A stretch of DNA of 64,000 nucleotides from Bispira polyomma (GCA_965649765.1 OZ287757.1:15872001-15936000); one strand, 5' to 3'. Positions 1-13,799 are shown, numbered from the stretch's first letter. The notes: generated by a model not told the origin, from the sequence alone. Program-made: numbers and translations.

Positions 1-1799
1 TTTAAAAAAAAAACCTAATAATTTACTATAACTTGTAAAAAGGGAATAACTTGTGAAAGGGAATTATAAAATTAAATTACCTCCTTACATCCTTATTCCA
101 TCAGTTGGACTTTGACTGTGGTTACCTTTCTATTATTCTAATATATTGAACTCATTTGCTTGGATGGTCACATACTCTATTTTGTAAAGTCTATTGTAAA
201 CAATTTTGTTTATTCCCCGAATCCCATGCAATATTTATGAGTGTTTATTTAGCCTGCAAAATGGGGTATTTTTTGGCATCGGCACTTGATAACAGTGGGT
301 TTATCAGAGGAATACAATGGCTTACTTGTAACTAATAGTTGTAGTATAAGTCAAATACATTTTCAATAAGAGCAACACTCCGCCATCTTGGGGTACAAGA
401 TCGAAAGACAATAACAATTGGTAAACATAATAGCACTCAGCCAAAAAACTTATACGTCAACTTCACAATAACATACATTTTTTTCAGTGTGTGAACATTA
501 ACAAACCAAAAGGATCAAAAATAGTATAATCTAACAACCTCTCAAAGTTATCCATTAGATAGCATATCAAAAAGTAGATTATATTTCTAAAAGCAATTTC
601 CCTGGTATTGGGTCAAATGCTTATTGAGTTATTTAGTAAGTATTCAGTACTCACTCAGCTTTATCCAGATCTCTATCAAATTTCAATGGTTGCTTCCACT
701 ACCCATAATAATAACATGTCAAATCAAAATAGACCATTATATTACTAGTATCTACATGAAAGTGTTAAATGTAGACCAAATTGGCTTCCTTTGCTGTTTT
801 ATCAACGTCCCTAATATCTCATATCATACTTTAATACACAAAGGCATTTTTAAAATATTTAAATACAACCTTCTATAAATTACCAGATAAACAGTCCTTA
901 AAAATATAATCGCATCACTCATTCATAACTTTTGAGTCATTTGATTGCAGAACTCATTCTTAGAAAGTGGTTTTAATTCTAACAAACATGAACAACTGCG
1001 GCCTCTAGCGGTGGTTTTGAAAACTACGATACCCATGAGCACTAGGGTGCCACCTAGCGGCAATATACAGAACTATATTGAACAGACCAGTAAGTGTGTC
1101 CGTCTTCCCTTTGCATGGAAGTGTAGCATTTGTCATGTTAAGTTTACTTTATCGGGTTTGTTGAATTATACATTTTTGTTAATGTTCACATACTTATAAA
1201 CTTGTATGTTATTGTGAAGTTGACTTATAAGCCCTTTGGCTGAGTGCTATTATGTTTACCCATTGTGATTTGTAAAATATACCTGTACAGCATATTGTCA
1301 GTTTAATAAAAAAATCTATCTATCATAGTCTTAAAATGTCCACATATAAAATTAAATAGAAAACCATTTAATACTTAAACTAAAACAAATAGCTATCGAT
1401 AATTTTTGGTGTTTTTTTGAAACATAAGTCCTCTTGTGTGGATCAAACTTTACATTTGATGCAATGTGTCTTTCCACTTTTTGTATGTTTTTCCAGCCTT
1501 AAATTCCTATTCCTAGCAATAATACTATATAACTGTGAGGCATGTGGTGTAAACCAAATTGGTTATATATTATATGAACAGTACTACAAAGTATACAGTA
1601 AACACACATGACTGTCTTTTTTGGGCCATCTATTCACTTCCTGTAATAATTCTACAGCATCCTTACATTTGGTATTTTTATAGGAGTTACGCCCCATAAA
1701 ATCACACATTTACACGGGTAGAGTATAAAGGTATTTGCAAGCCCTTTGGGGCAGTTCAGCTTATCAATATTATAGGTCTCATTTAGATAGGTCCTATGG

Positions 1800-2046
1800 C
1801 CTGGGATACCGTTCACTATAAGTGTGAATCCACCACGGCTTAAACTCATACTCATCTCAAATATAGGCTTTGTGTAAATACTTGTACATAGAAATAACCT
1901 ATACTTGTGACCATTAATTTTAATAAACCTTTCGACACTGAATTTATTAATACATAGAGTCAGATTATAGACATGTGTTTTCTGTATCTAGAGTTGTAGA
2001 GAATCCATATTTGAGTTGAGAAAACGTTCAAGAATACAAACCCTGG
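1800..2046. mobile_element. Family E copy
   Basis: Reverse core at about 1880-1950. Confidence 0.55.
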
Positions 2047-2451
2047 TTAATATTGTCACACTACATCTTGCTATTCTCAAACTGTTGACAGTAAAACATA
2101 ATCCTATATACTCATCTCATTTCAATGTCTGATGATCAGATCCCCTCACTGCTAAGCGAAAACTATGTCACTGAATAAATACAATAATTAAAACATAGTT
2201 TTTCACATAATTAATGTGTATGAGAAATTAAACTACTAACACATCCACCCACATTAAATGACCCCCCCCCCCCCCCCCCCAATCGGTTCATGTAGCTTTA
2301 AAAACACAAAGAAAATAACCATGTTTTTATGTTGCTTAATTTAGTGTTAAATAAAGTAACTTTAAAGTTATTTGTGGGTTCTTGCTTTAATACATCAGTT
2401 CCAATTCTTTAAAATACCTTCTGTGGTCTTGTATTTAAAGTAACACTCACC

Positions 2452-2697
2452 ACATTTATTTCCTTTTATCTGCATATATTTAAAGGGTATACAGCCAACC
2501 AGCACCACTAACTGTCATTCACCCCTGACCGTCCACTGTGAATAAGGGAGCCAATGGCAGAGGACACCACCATTTTAAGTCATCCAAGTCATCCGAGCCA
2601 CTAGGTATCCGCCCGTACCTGAGATTCCCACGTTGGGGTCAAAGTCAGGTCCTCTGTGTTCATAATCGAATATGTTACCTAATAGGCCACAGTGGCA
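2452..2697 (-). mobile_element. tRNA-derived SINE, Deu/Nin-like central domain (family C)
   Basis: Minus strand tRNA-like head, then GGATGACTTAAAATGGTGGTGTCCTCTG..CAGTGG; homologues near 3622, 51785 and 62795. The domain assignment is from recollection of the consensus only. Confidence 0.6.
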
Positions 2698-3244
2698 TCG
2701 ATGTACATGTATATATATATATATGCCAGGTTTAAAACAAATTTAAACTTTCATACACACAGTTTTTATATAAGCTTTGCTTGTAACAGTCTCAAACCTT
2801 GCACCTTTACATCACTAAAATGCCAACTTTCTCTCTATTTTACATTCTACACACATGGAGAAATTATCATTTGTCTATATACTAGTTCTTTGCTTTCCCC
2901 GATTTTCTCCCGATTTGTTTGTATCTCTTTTCTAGCCATTTTTTTCTCTTCCTTTTTCACCTCTCCCCAAAACCCCACAGAGCTGGAGTAGGGTATTAAA
3001 AGTCCCAGTAATTTGTGCCATGCCGTGAAATAAGACCAGAACATTAATAAAGACATACCTCATGGAATCTTTTTGGCTTCAATAAGAAAGCTTTAAATCA
3101 GGGAGAATTTTACAATTACTGGGTTTCTTTATCATTCCAAGTCATGTATACTAAAACCTGGTAAGAGTTCATTAGACATCAAGATATATATTTTTTTAGC
3201 ACATAGATATATATTACTAAATGTAAAACTTAAATTAGAAGTCT

Positions 3245-3405
3245 CAGCCCTGGTGTGCATCTGACAAAGTTGGCAGTAGACTTGCTGAAGGCTGATGGTT
3301 TGCAGAGCAGAAAACCTTGACCAACTAACCTGCTCTGAATTCAATGTGTTTGGAGGTGTCTTTAACAGGATATTGTGATATTGCACTTAGATACAGTTTT
3401 ACTTT
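3245..3405 (+). mobile_element. Older family-A-related SINE fragment
   Basis: AAGTTGGCAGTAGACTTGCTGAAGGCTGATGGTTTGCAGAGCAGAAAACCTTGACCAACTA. Confidence 0.6.
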
Positions 3406-3413
3406 GGTTTTGG

Positions 3414-3503
3414 ATTCTGAACATGCATGTGAACATGCATTCTGAATTTCTGAACATGCATTCTGAACATGCATTCTGAATTCTGAACATGCATTCTGAA
3501 TTT
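3414..3503. repeat. TTCTGAACATGCA short tandem repeat
   Basis: Direct inspection. Confidence 0.9.
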
Positions 3504-3621
3504 CCTTAAAATAAAAACTAGTACAAATGCATCTGTATACATGCATACTAATTAGAAGTAAAACAATTATTTAGATCTCATTTCTGTTGCTTACTTTTTT
3601 TTTTATTTTACTGGTATGGTA

Positions 3622-3848
3622 CCACATTTAGTTCCCTTTATCTGCATGTATTTAAAGGGTACAGCCAACTTATTGGTCACTGTCATTCATCCCCTAAGCT
3701 ACCACTGGGGATAGAGGACCCAGTGACAGAGGGTACCACCATTTTAAGTCATTCAAGTCATCCAAGCCAAGTCATGGGATCAAACCCAGGTCCTCTGTGT
3801 TCCTAATTTACATAATCTTGTACTGCTGTAACCATATTAGGTGCCACT
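3622..3848 (-). mobile_element. SINE family C copy
   Basis: Aligns by eye to 2452-2697 (CACCATTTTAAGTCA..CAGGTCCTCTGTGTTC). Confidence 0.65.
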
Positions 3849-4738
3849 CTAATAGAACCAGCACAGATATCTCTCATTTTTTCTGACACACTGTAGTATC
3901 TGTGTTGTCAGTAGGGTATTTGGTGTGTGTATCTGACTAAAGGCTGTCATACTGTCACTCATATCGTCCCTAACAAAAGCCAGACTATATTGGTAAGACA
4001 TATAGGATAAGCATGTAGGTAATCTAAAATATGTTAAAATAGTCAAAACAAATTTGAACCAATATGAATGAGTTCTGGTCTATTTTACAGATAGGCTGCA
4101 AAATCGTATAATGAGGATCCAAAGTTAGGCTATAGGCCATGTTAAGATTGGCCCCAACATGAATAATATCACCTCTGATCCCCGTGTTCTAGTGTTTCTA
4201 CAATAATCCAGATAGAAGAATGCCAACCCCAACGGTTGGCATTGTCTTATTGGAGAACACTTTGCATTATATGCTGACTTGCACAAGCTTAAGGGAAGTT
4301 GACGTCATAAACACGTCACTTATGACGTTGTTGTGATATATCGCGGAAGTAGAATTGGCGATTTTTTGTAAAAAGAAAAATATATCTGTAAATATTAGGT
4401 GAAATAAGTAATTCACCAAACTAACGTCAGATACCAAGAATGTGTATTAATATTACATATTGGCAACTATTATTGAAGAACTCATTTGTACATGTGTATG
4501 TGGTAAAACAGGTGTAAAACATGGCCACAAATTCCAAAAAAATGCAGAAATAAACCTCGACACAGAAACTGTGCTCAAAGGCTGTATGTTTTACTTGTAA
4601 ACTCCACAGGGTATAGAACTGATTGAGTGTTTAACATGAAGGAGATTTGTGTAGGGTTTTAAGGGATACTTCTGTCTTTTTCTAGCAGTATCCAGTGACG
4701 TGATATACCACTGGGAATGTTTACTTGATACGTGAGGA

Positions 4739-4798
4739 GAAAACTCTAACAATAGTGAGTCTAGTCAGAAAACTCTAACAATAGTGAGTCTAGTCAGA
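4739..4798. repeat. 29-bp perfect tandem duplication
   Basis: GAAAACTCTAACAATAGTGAGTCTAGTCA x2. Confidence 0.9.
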
Positions 4799-6354
4799 CA
4801 CTACATAGTATAGTGAATCTAGTAAAACTGATATAGGCTCACAGGGTATAGGATTATTTGTTTGATGTAGTTCTTTCAAAAAAGGTAAACACAACAATAA
4901 AATACAAGGGCAACAGAAAATTGAATGTTGATTTTTAACAAGATGTATAAACACGAAGGAAATTTTGTTAAAACAAATTTTCACAATTATTTGAGTTACA
5001 AGTATTTGAGTTTTTATCAGAAATTGTTTTTCATTGGTCGAAACACAGTAACTAAAATAATTTTATTTATATATCACCAAGGTCAATTTAAGGTCAAGTT
5101 GCTGGATGTAGAGATTTGAACTATATGTCTCCATCAGACAGTTAATAAAATACAGTTTGAGATGATTCAAGTACCTGTAATGAGATAGTTCACTAGAAAA
5201 GAAAATCACAACAAGGTAATTCGTTAAGGTTTTCTGGTGTGCAAACTGCGGGCCTTCAACATGTCTACTACCACCTTTCCCACATGTATACTGGGGTGAA
5301 GACTTAAACCCACAATGGTATAGATGCGAGTTGAGTGTGTTACTGTTACATCACTGCGGCCTTGCTTTGTATTTGTAACTAGAATATACGGTGAATCTAG
5401 TAGTACATTGAAACATTTTACATTTGGTTTCTTGAAACATGCCTCTTGTACACAAAAAGGGGGAAAATATTTGTGAAGTATCAGTTTCTGTTGCATTTGC
5501 TGCTGTTATTTGTTTGTATAGAAATACATAACTTGCCCCTCTTGTTGCAATATGTATCTCCATTGTAATCGTTTTGTATTTAGGCAAGGCTCCTATAAAG
5601 TATAGTAGTTAACTGACCTAGAAACGTTTTGGGAACCTTACTTAACACACACACACACACACACACACTGTCCATATTTACTGTAGAGGCAACCCCCTTG
5701 TCCACTTAAGGATAAAGTGTTATCTAATGAAAACAAACTTGGGATATGGGAATACAGCCTCCCAATTAGGGACCCTCAACAGATCCATTACTTCTCATTT
5801 CACTACCTTTCTCTGGTCATACATAATTCAGTGGCAACTACTGAGTAACTTCTGTTTTAACTGCCACCACCCCCTGCCCCATTCCCGCCGAGCTATCACT
5901 ACTTCCCTCCGGCAATCCACAGTTTTAGCTAGTACCAGATACTTAGTACAACCCGTCAGCCTCGCTTTGGATATCGGGAAGGAGGGATTTCCCGCCGAGC
6001 CCCGTACTATTCATCACGGGTCCAATCAGACTTGCCGCTTGCGGTGAGGGGACACCAAAAGCTTGGTACAGGGCGCAAGAGAGCGATTTGGAGGGCGAGA
6101 ACTCTGGCGTGATTCACGTGGTGCCACGCACTCCAGAGTTGGCGGGGAGATATTTTCTGCTCCCCAGGCTTGCTGGCTAAACAGAGGGCTCTGGGCGGGA
6201 GAGGATTAAGGGTACAACTAGTCTGGTGTAGGCTCTATATATAATGACCATGGTTTAGTTTGGGTTTAATACAATGGGGAAGTTGGTCAAGATTTCCTGC
6301 TCTGCAAATCACCAATATTTAGCAAGTATGCTGGCAACTTTTAACATCCATATC

Positions 6355-6650
6355 AGACTTTAGATCTTAGGTATCTTGAGAGCCAAGGTTCAAGCCTCGC
6401 CTGCAGGCCCGGAGATTTCACCCTTAGACAAGGTGCTTTACACAAAAGTGTATGAATGGGTACCTAGCCGCTAATGGGTGCTAGTCTTTGTACGCCATAT
6501 GTGGCAGCACGGCTAGTATGCTCCCTGAGGGAGCTGAGGCTGAACAATTGGTTGACAAGTAAAAGAACCCAGGCTGGGGGTGTAAACTGTGAAGTCGGCT
6601 GAGACCTCAATAGAGGTGATATCAGACTGTAAACCTGGCATTTACATTTA
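6355..6650 (+). mobile_element. CORE-like SINE (family B)
   Basis: B box GGTTCAAGCC; CORE-like CCCTTAGACAAGGTGCTTTAC..TGAATGGGTACC; 3' part GTATGCTCCCTGAGGGAGCTGAG..AACCCAGGCTGGGG; homologous copies at 10818 and 20188. Confidence 0.7.
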
Positions 6651-6859
6651 ATACATGTGGTATGTTAGAGCATAATAGAATGGTTTAAATACAGTCAAAC
6701 CTCATTTTTGTTCAATTAATTTTTTTCAGATTTATTTAAACCATAATATAGGGCTTAGGTGGCATTTTATGTAAGAATTACAAATATCCCTATACGGTGT
6801 GATAAGTTTGTGATTCAGACGTTCACGTTGTGCACTAATTATTTTGTGTTCATCTCTGC

Positions 6860-7010
6860 GCTGAATGTAACAGCATGACTGGTATACTCCATCAGGGAGC
6901 TGAAAGTGAACAAAATTTGTTGACAACTATAAGAACCCAGGCTGGGGTGTAAACTGTGAAGTCGGTGTTAGGTCATAGGGCTGATATCAGACTATAAACC
7001 AAATATTTAC
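6860..7010 (+). mobile_element. 3' fragment of SINE family B
   Basis: Repeats about 6505-6645 (AAGAACCCAGGCTGGGGTGTAAACTGTGAAGTCGG..GATATCAGACT). Confidence 0.7.
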
Positions 7011-7437
7011 AGAGTATAGAGTCTTGTACCAGACTAGTAGAACATTTAGAAGAGATTTGGGGAGAGTTTGAGTGGATGGGATTAGCAGAGATTTCCCTGC
7101 AGGAACCAGAGGGCGGGGAATTTCATTAGCTGAGAAAACAATATGGTCCCCAGTCGGGGAGAGAAGGGAGGGCTCATTTCTTGCCAGTAAATGGAACAGG
7201 TGTATTTTTGGTACAGTTATATAGAGTTAGAGGGAGTTACTGATGTCCTAGGGTAATGAGATTGGGTAGTAAAAGAGGTAGTAAAGATATTCATTAAACG
7301 TCTGGTGGTGTAGGCTATTAACGTAGCTAGGTTATAGATTATGAGTTAGGTCTTATTTGATGTTATGGAATGTATTTAGTAGTTATTATATAATGAATAT
7401 GATAACACATATTTTTTATTCAGTTGTGGTGTATATC

Positions 7438-8340
7438 TGGTAAATAATGACTCAGTGATGGTAAATAGTGGCTACTGGTGGTAAATAGTGGTTGTATGGT
7501 GACTTATTGCTGGTAAATAGTGATTGTATGGTGACTTATTGCTGGTAAATAGTGGTTCTATGGTGACTTATTGCTGGTAAATAGTGGCTAATAGGGGTAA
7601 ATAGTGGTTATTAGGGGTAAATAGCGGTTGTAAAGTGACTTATTGCTGGTAAATAGTGGCTATATAGTTACTCATTGATGGTAAATAGTGGTTATTAGGG
7701 GTAAATAATGGTTATTTGGGGTAAATAGTGGTTGTAAAGTGACTTATTGCTGGTAAATAGTGGTTATATTGTTACTCAGTGGTGGTAAATAGTGGTTATT
7801 AGGGGTAAATAGTGGTTGTAAAGTGACTTATTGCTGGTAAATAGTGGTTATATAGTTACTCATTGATGGTAAATAGTGGTTATTAGGGGTAAATAGTGGT
7901 TATTTGGGGTAAATAGTGGTTGTAAAGTGACTTATTGCTGGTAAATAGTGGTTATATTGTTACTCAGTGGTGGTAAATAGTGATTATTAGGGTTAATAGT
8001 GGTTGTAAAGTGACTTATTGCTGGTAAATAGTGGTTATATAGTTACTCATTGATGGTAAATAGTGGTTATTAGGGGTAAATAGTGGTTATTTGGGGTAAA
8101 TAGTGGTTGTAAAGTGACTTATTGCTGGTAAATAGTGGTTATATTGTTACTCAGTGGTGGTAAATAGTGGTTATTAGGGGTAAATAGTGGTTGTAAAGTG
8201 ACTTATTGCTGGTAAATAATGGTTATATTGTTACTCAGTGGTGGTAAATAGTGGTTACTGGTGGTAAATAGTGGCTTTATGTTGACTTATTGCTAGTAAA
8301 TAGTGGTTAAATATTGACTCAGTGGTAAATTGTGGTTTTT
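7438..8340. repeat. Minisatellite with GGTAAATAGTGG core and ~188-bp higher-order repeat
   Basis: About 33 cores in 20- and 32-bp units; marker CTCATTGATG at 7671, 7859 and 8046. Confidence 0.95.
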
Positions 8341-8374
8341 AGTGACATTGTTTTGTATTAAATATTTTTAACAT

Positions 8375-8525
8375 GCCTCATTGATGTGAGGCATCTTCTA
8401 AAGCGCAACAATCGCATCAATCAATCCTGAGTCGAACCAGGGACCATCCGATCACAAGACTAACTTCCCGCACTTCCCGAGTTGAATCCGGGACTTTCTG
8501 ATCAACCACTAGACCACGAGAGACC
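8375..8525 (-). mobile_element. SINE family D, duplicated head and internal deletion
   Basis: Minus strand TGGTCTAGTGG, two B-box segments, GCGCTTTAGAAGATGC tail (also seen near 18400). Confidence 0.55.
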
Positions 8526-9981
8526 ATAACGTGTTATATTTAGCTGTGGTTAGAGTGCATAAGGTACCAAGTAGTTTAAAACAGCTTGGTGTTTCTCAGA
8601 TTTATACACGTGAATGTTATTGCTCTGATAAAAGAATAAACAAAAACACATAAAAAATACCGAACACTTTTTTAACTGTACTTTAAGCACACAATAAGAT
8701 TCTGTCTTACTTTTTTATTATTTTATTTGTTAATGTGTGGCTGTATTTTGTATTTAGTATTTTGAAAGTAGATATTTTGCAACTTTATTGCCGAGTAATA
8801 CACGTACATGTAATTGTTGTATTATTTGTTTAATTTTTTCATACTTACTTGGTTTTAGTGCATTGATACTTTTTTAGTAAGGTTGCACACTGTTGTAAAA
8901 ATGTCTACTTAAATTAAAATTATATATATTAGACAGTTCTGTTAAATGAAACCCAAGTCAGCCTATTTTGTACATGTGTATGACAGAACCCTAAAGATGT
9001 GACTTGTGTTAATTGCACACATAAACAAGATGAGCCCATTTACATCTTAAGTTGGCGGTAACCCAGGGTTAGCTGATAGGAAGACTTTAACCCTGTGTAA
9101 CCTCCACAAAGTGCTCTGTCTGCTCATAATTACTCTCTCCTATCTCTAATCAATAATTATACTCATTTTAATCAAGGTCTAGGTCAATTCCCATATATCT
9201 AGACATGAATCACACAATCTAGACATTTAGAGCAGGGTATTTTCCATTTGTAATATGTGTGTAAAATCCGACCAAGACCTCTTTATTCCTGGAATTGTTC
9301 CCAATACACACACATATACATGTATATGCATATTTCAGAATACACATTGTTTCAGCAAGACTTGACAGCTACTTTGTAATATGACGGGGTGGACATACTA
9401 ATTCTACAGTTCTCTGATAGAACTATTAAACCTCAACTATTAATTATTGTACACATTTTAAGTTGCTGGCTATATTCAACGGTAATTGATTTTGCCTTTC
9501 GTCTAAATAGGTATGACACTTCCCAAAGTTTAAAGTTTTAGTTATTCAATTACCATAATTACCATTAATTTTAGCTTCTATACTGGCTGGAAACATTACA
9601 GACCTTTTGCATTCGTTATTGAAAGATACTTTTCAAGTTTTACAAATCAGGAATTAAAAGAAATGATCAATTTTCTAATTGCATGATATCAATCTTAAGT
9701 TTTCATTGAATGTATTTATTTATTTGTAAATGTGCTTTATTTAGCTGTTATTATCATTATTTCACTTCTACTATCACACAAAATGGACATGCTGAAACTA
9801 ATAGAAATTTCTACTTTAGCTTCTATTAAGTGAACAGGTGATCTGTTCTGATTAGGTACAACTCCAATAATACTACCATTTTCAAATGGGTGGATGGTTA
9901 TCTGTGTGAGATATCTTACTATTAACAATCTGTACAATTATAGTGGAGGAAATTGAGTTAGATTTGACAAGGCAGCCATTG

Positions 9982-10220
9982 CTGGGTCTGTGTTTTTGAA
10001 AAGACCTAAAACTTAGACTTAACTCGAAAGAAAGCTGATATGGACATTTCTTGTATATGGAAATAACCTGTACTTGTGATCATTCATTTTATTAGAACTT
10101 TCAGCACTGAATTCAAATATGCAGTAATTTTATTTTATTTAAGTTTTCTCCAGCCAGAGATATGTGGACATTTGTTTTAAGCTGGAGTCTGAGTTGGAGT
10201 CTCAATTGTGGAGATATACC
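9982..10220. mobile_element. Family E copy
   Basis: Reverse core at about 10050-10125. Confidence 0.6.
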
Positions 10221-10429
10221 GTTTTTACTGGTGTCTTTCTTTGTATGACAAAATGACACATAATCAGACAACTAAAGCTAATTCCTGTCCATGTCTTGTC
10301 AGTCTGCCTAAATACGTGTTAACATGCGAGGGTATAGTGTGAGAGATTACCATCAGTACATTAGTCAGGTCACCAGATATCACCCCCAATCTCTCTGTCC
10401 ACAAGTATACAGGCATCACACCTGTGTAA

Positions 10430-10665
10430 AACTGTACACAGTATTCTAAAAAAAAAACCATCTCAAGCTGAACTCATAGCCAAAACTCAAGGCCTGCCTA
10501 TGTCTCTTGTGAGATGGAACACACATAAAATCTAAAGGCATATTTGAATTCAGTACTAAAATCTCTATTGAAATGAATGGTCACAAGTATTGGTTATTTC
10601 CATACACAATAGTTGTTCACAGCCTTCATTTGCGTTGAGTTTCTCCATTATTGAGATTCAGACAG
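10430..10665. mobile_element. Family E copy
   Basis: Core at about 10538-10610. Confidence 0.6.
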
Positions 10666-10813
10666 TTGTGCTATTTTCAGGTGATTCTTTGTTAGCATCA
10701 GATCAGTTGTACCATTTTCAGGTAATACTTTGTTAGAATCAGATCAGTTGTACCATTTTCATTAATACTTCGTTAGCATCAGATCAGTTGTACCATTTTC
10801 AGGTAATACTTTG
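10660..10813. repeat. ~41-bp tandem repeat, about 3.5 copies
   Basis: GATCAGTTGTACCATTTTCA at 10701, 10742 and 10782. Confidence 0.9.
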
Positions 10814-10817
10814 TAAA

Positions 10818-11000
10818 CCCGTGGTATCTGTGGTCTAGCAGTTAGAGTGTTCGACTTTGAATCAGATTGTCCCATAGGGTAACAGGTTCGATCCTCCATA
10901 CAGGCCTGAAGATTGTACACTTATACAATCCACTTCACACAAATTTGTCCCTCACCACCCAGATGTATAAATGGGTACCTGGCTGCTAATGGGTGTTAGC
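10818..11000 (+). mobile_element. 5' part of SINE family B
   Basis: A box TGGTCTAGCAG, B box GGTTCGATCC, CACCCAGATGTATAAATGGGTACC. Confidence 0.7.
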
Positions 11001-12954
11001 ACCAGTTGGACCATTTTCCGGCATTAAGTCTGGTGCTGTAAACCAGCCTTTCCCCATATAACTTTGTCAACATTAGTACACAGTGGACGGTTGGCTGTAC
11101 TACTTCTATATCATGACACACTCTTCTGCCACAGAACATCTTGGCCACATGTCCCAAGCGACATCTATTAGCCAGACTGTCGCACTATGGCCTTCCTTGG
11201 ATCCATGCCCTATACTTATAATATGATCTTTTTAGTTTAAAAATGTTACTTTCAGCACCTCAGGTCATATCACGACATCCATATTCAATGGTGAAAGAAA
11301 ACCAATGCTGAAGCAGTGTAAACCACTAACCTACGGCAAGAACATGACAAACCTTATTTATTCCAACAAGCCTTGGATTCACTATAACAGACTTGCCAAC
11401 AAGGCGTTGGACTAGGATGTGGCAACATCATCGATAAGGATCATCAGTGCTTAAAATTTCACATTTTTTGTGTGAGATTGATAGCACCTGCAAAGAAGAA
11501 CAGAACAGATCTGTAACAAGTACCATAAGATGAGTGTTTTACTGCCCTTACAAATAAATGTACAGGATTTAAGATGGAAATTAATATGCCACCCAATGCT
11601 AATAAAAATAAAATCAGGAGAAACCGGTGTATCTGTTAGTTTTGTGTCAACACGCGATGGAAGTCCACTAACCACTGGTGAACACACAAACCAGTTACGT
11701 CATACACACGTCATCACGGGGAACTGAAGCACTAAATGAGACGTCATTAATGGCACCAGTTTCCTGGTTGGACATTATTTAAGATCTGACACCTGTTTTT
11801 GAATCATGCTTTAGTTGAAAATTGTTGATTATGTAGTCAAAACTCAAAAACAATTTTTTTTAGTATATTTTTATGCTTATGTGCCTTATTATAAACTATT
11901 TTATTTAAAGGTTGATACGTGTAACTATAATAAATTCACTAAATCCAGCCTTTACTAATTACATTATTTACAGTGTGATACTGATTCACCTAATATCGCC
12001 CAATATCTCATCCACATTTCCTTTCTTTGTTTTAGCCTTGATTCAGTCTAGAACCACTTTAGTATTCTGACTGTGTTTGTAGTCACATGTCTTACAAATA
12101 GCATTTAGTTGTCATTTGTGATAAGGTGGAAAAAATGTCTTTGTTTTCTTGCTAATGAATCCAATGAATTCAATATTCTGTGCAGTAAGGATGTAAAGTC
12201 TCATTACTAGGGGTATTAAAGTGAATGCCTTCTGGCCCTTGGGGAGGTAGGATTCCCTGAGAAACTGTAGCTCTACTAGAATGGGTTTTATGTCCGGCTT
12301 TTACGGAACATGAGTGTAGAAACCCAAAAAGCATCCTTTCATGAACTGTTAATCAGATAATGCTCCACATAATGTCAACTGGTGACTTGTGGTTCCTGTA
12401 TTAAGTGCAGGATTATAGAGGAAACTTGACAGTCACTTTAGAGTAATCAGTTACACAGCTGAGAGGGGGTACTAAGTGGGGGAACTTAAACTGGTATTAT
12501 ATACAAATATAGTATAAATAATGCCATCTAATTACTCTACACTAAAACAAATAATACACTATTAGAAATTGAAAGTAAAATATCTTAAAAAATTGCCGTG
12601 ATATATAAAACATGTCGAGGTTTAGCTTTTCAGTGAGTGAGAGTTTGTGTAGTTGTATGACTTTGTCTGTGTGTTTTACCCTAGCACGCCCCCCCGCACG
12701 CCCCCCCCCCCCCCCCGAGACACGTTTAAGCTGTGTATCAGCTACAAATGATCATAAATGGTTGCTAGTGGGTGTTTATGTGTGTGTTTTAAAGGTTTAA
12801 AAGACCATTTCTTAATCACCCAGGACACACTGATTACAGTTTACAGAATTACCCCCATGGGTTATGTTTGTGTGTCCTTTTTGTGGACAGATTCATCTTC
12901 ACTAACACTGTGACAGCAGCACTTCTAATCTATTATGTAGTTACTTAATCCAGT

Positions 12955-13220
12955 GGTGCCAGCATTCCAGGTCAAGCTCAGACTTAACTTAGCTGACAGT
13001 TATGTGAAGTAATTACTCCTGTATACATGGGAAGCACTAATACTTGTACTTGTAATGACCTTTCATTTTAATAAAGCTTTTAGTGCTGAATTCAAATGTA
13101 CATATGTCTATACATATGATTGTGTATTCACTCTTACTGTAGAAGATAGGGGACCCTTAGATTTAAGTTTAAATCTGTATTTAGATTAAGGATTTTTGGG
13201 AATCCTAGGATATGGCCCTT
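12955..13220. mobile_element. Family E copy
   Basis: Reverse core at about 13040-13100. Confidence 0.55.
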
Positions 13221-13799
13221 GAATAGGGCTACTTGAAGTAGGACAATCATTATGTTAATAGAAAGCTGTTTAGGAATGTCACGTGACTTAACAAGACACT
13301 TTTTGGTTTGGTGGGGTTTTTTTGGGGTGTCAATGTTCTAGTATTGCTTTAAGGTTCATATTTGTCAGAAATATTTATAGGTTTTGGAATTAATTCCTAA
13401 TATGGACACATTTCAGACGTATTTTTGGCCAAGACAGGAGCTGTTACTTATAGGAGTACCTTATGCTGACTTAAATGGGGACATAGTTTTTTATGGTAAA
13501 CATTGAGCCCTGTTCTTAATTGACTGAGTGAAGATATACATTTAGACCTTTGACATTTACCTTGATAATGGTATATATCTTCAAACTCAAGTTTGATTAC
13601 CCGTCAGTGTCTTTGTTTGCACAAAAAAGTACTAAACCAATTTAACCAAATTTACTGAAAGGTTTGAGGTATGGATCAAGAAATTTAATTCTGGAGCATA
13701 TCCAGATAGAATTGTGGAGTATTGACAGAGGTATGTACTCTACTGAGTGCCCTTCTGATTCAATGAAATGAATGAATCTTAAGACAATGACTTCATGCA

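Noticed and set aside
7438-8340. CRISPR-like constant repeat with spacers
   Set aside because: Eukaryotic context, 12-bp core, spacers recur periodically, no cas genes.
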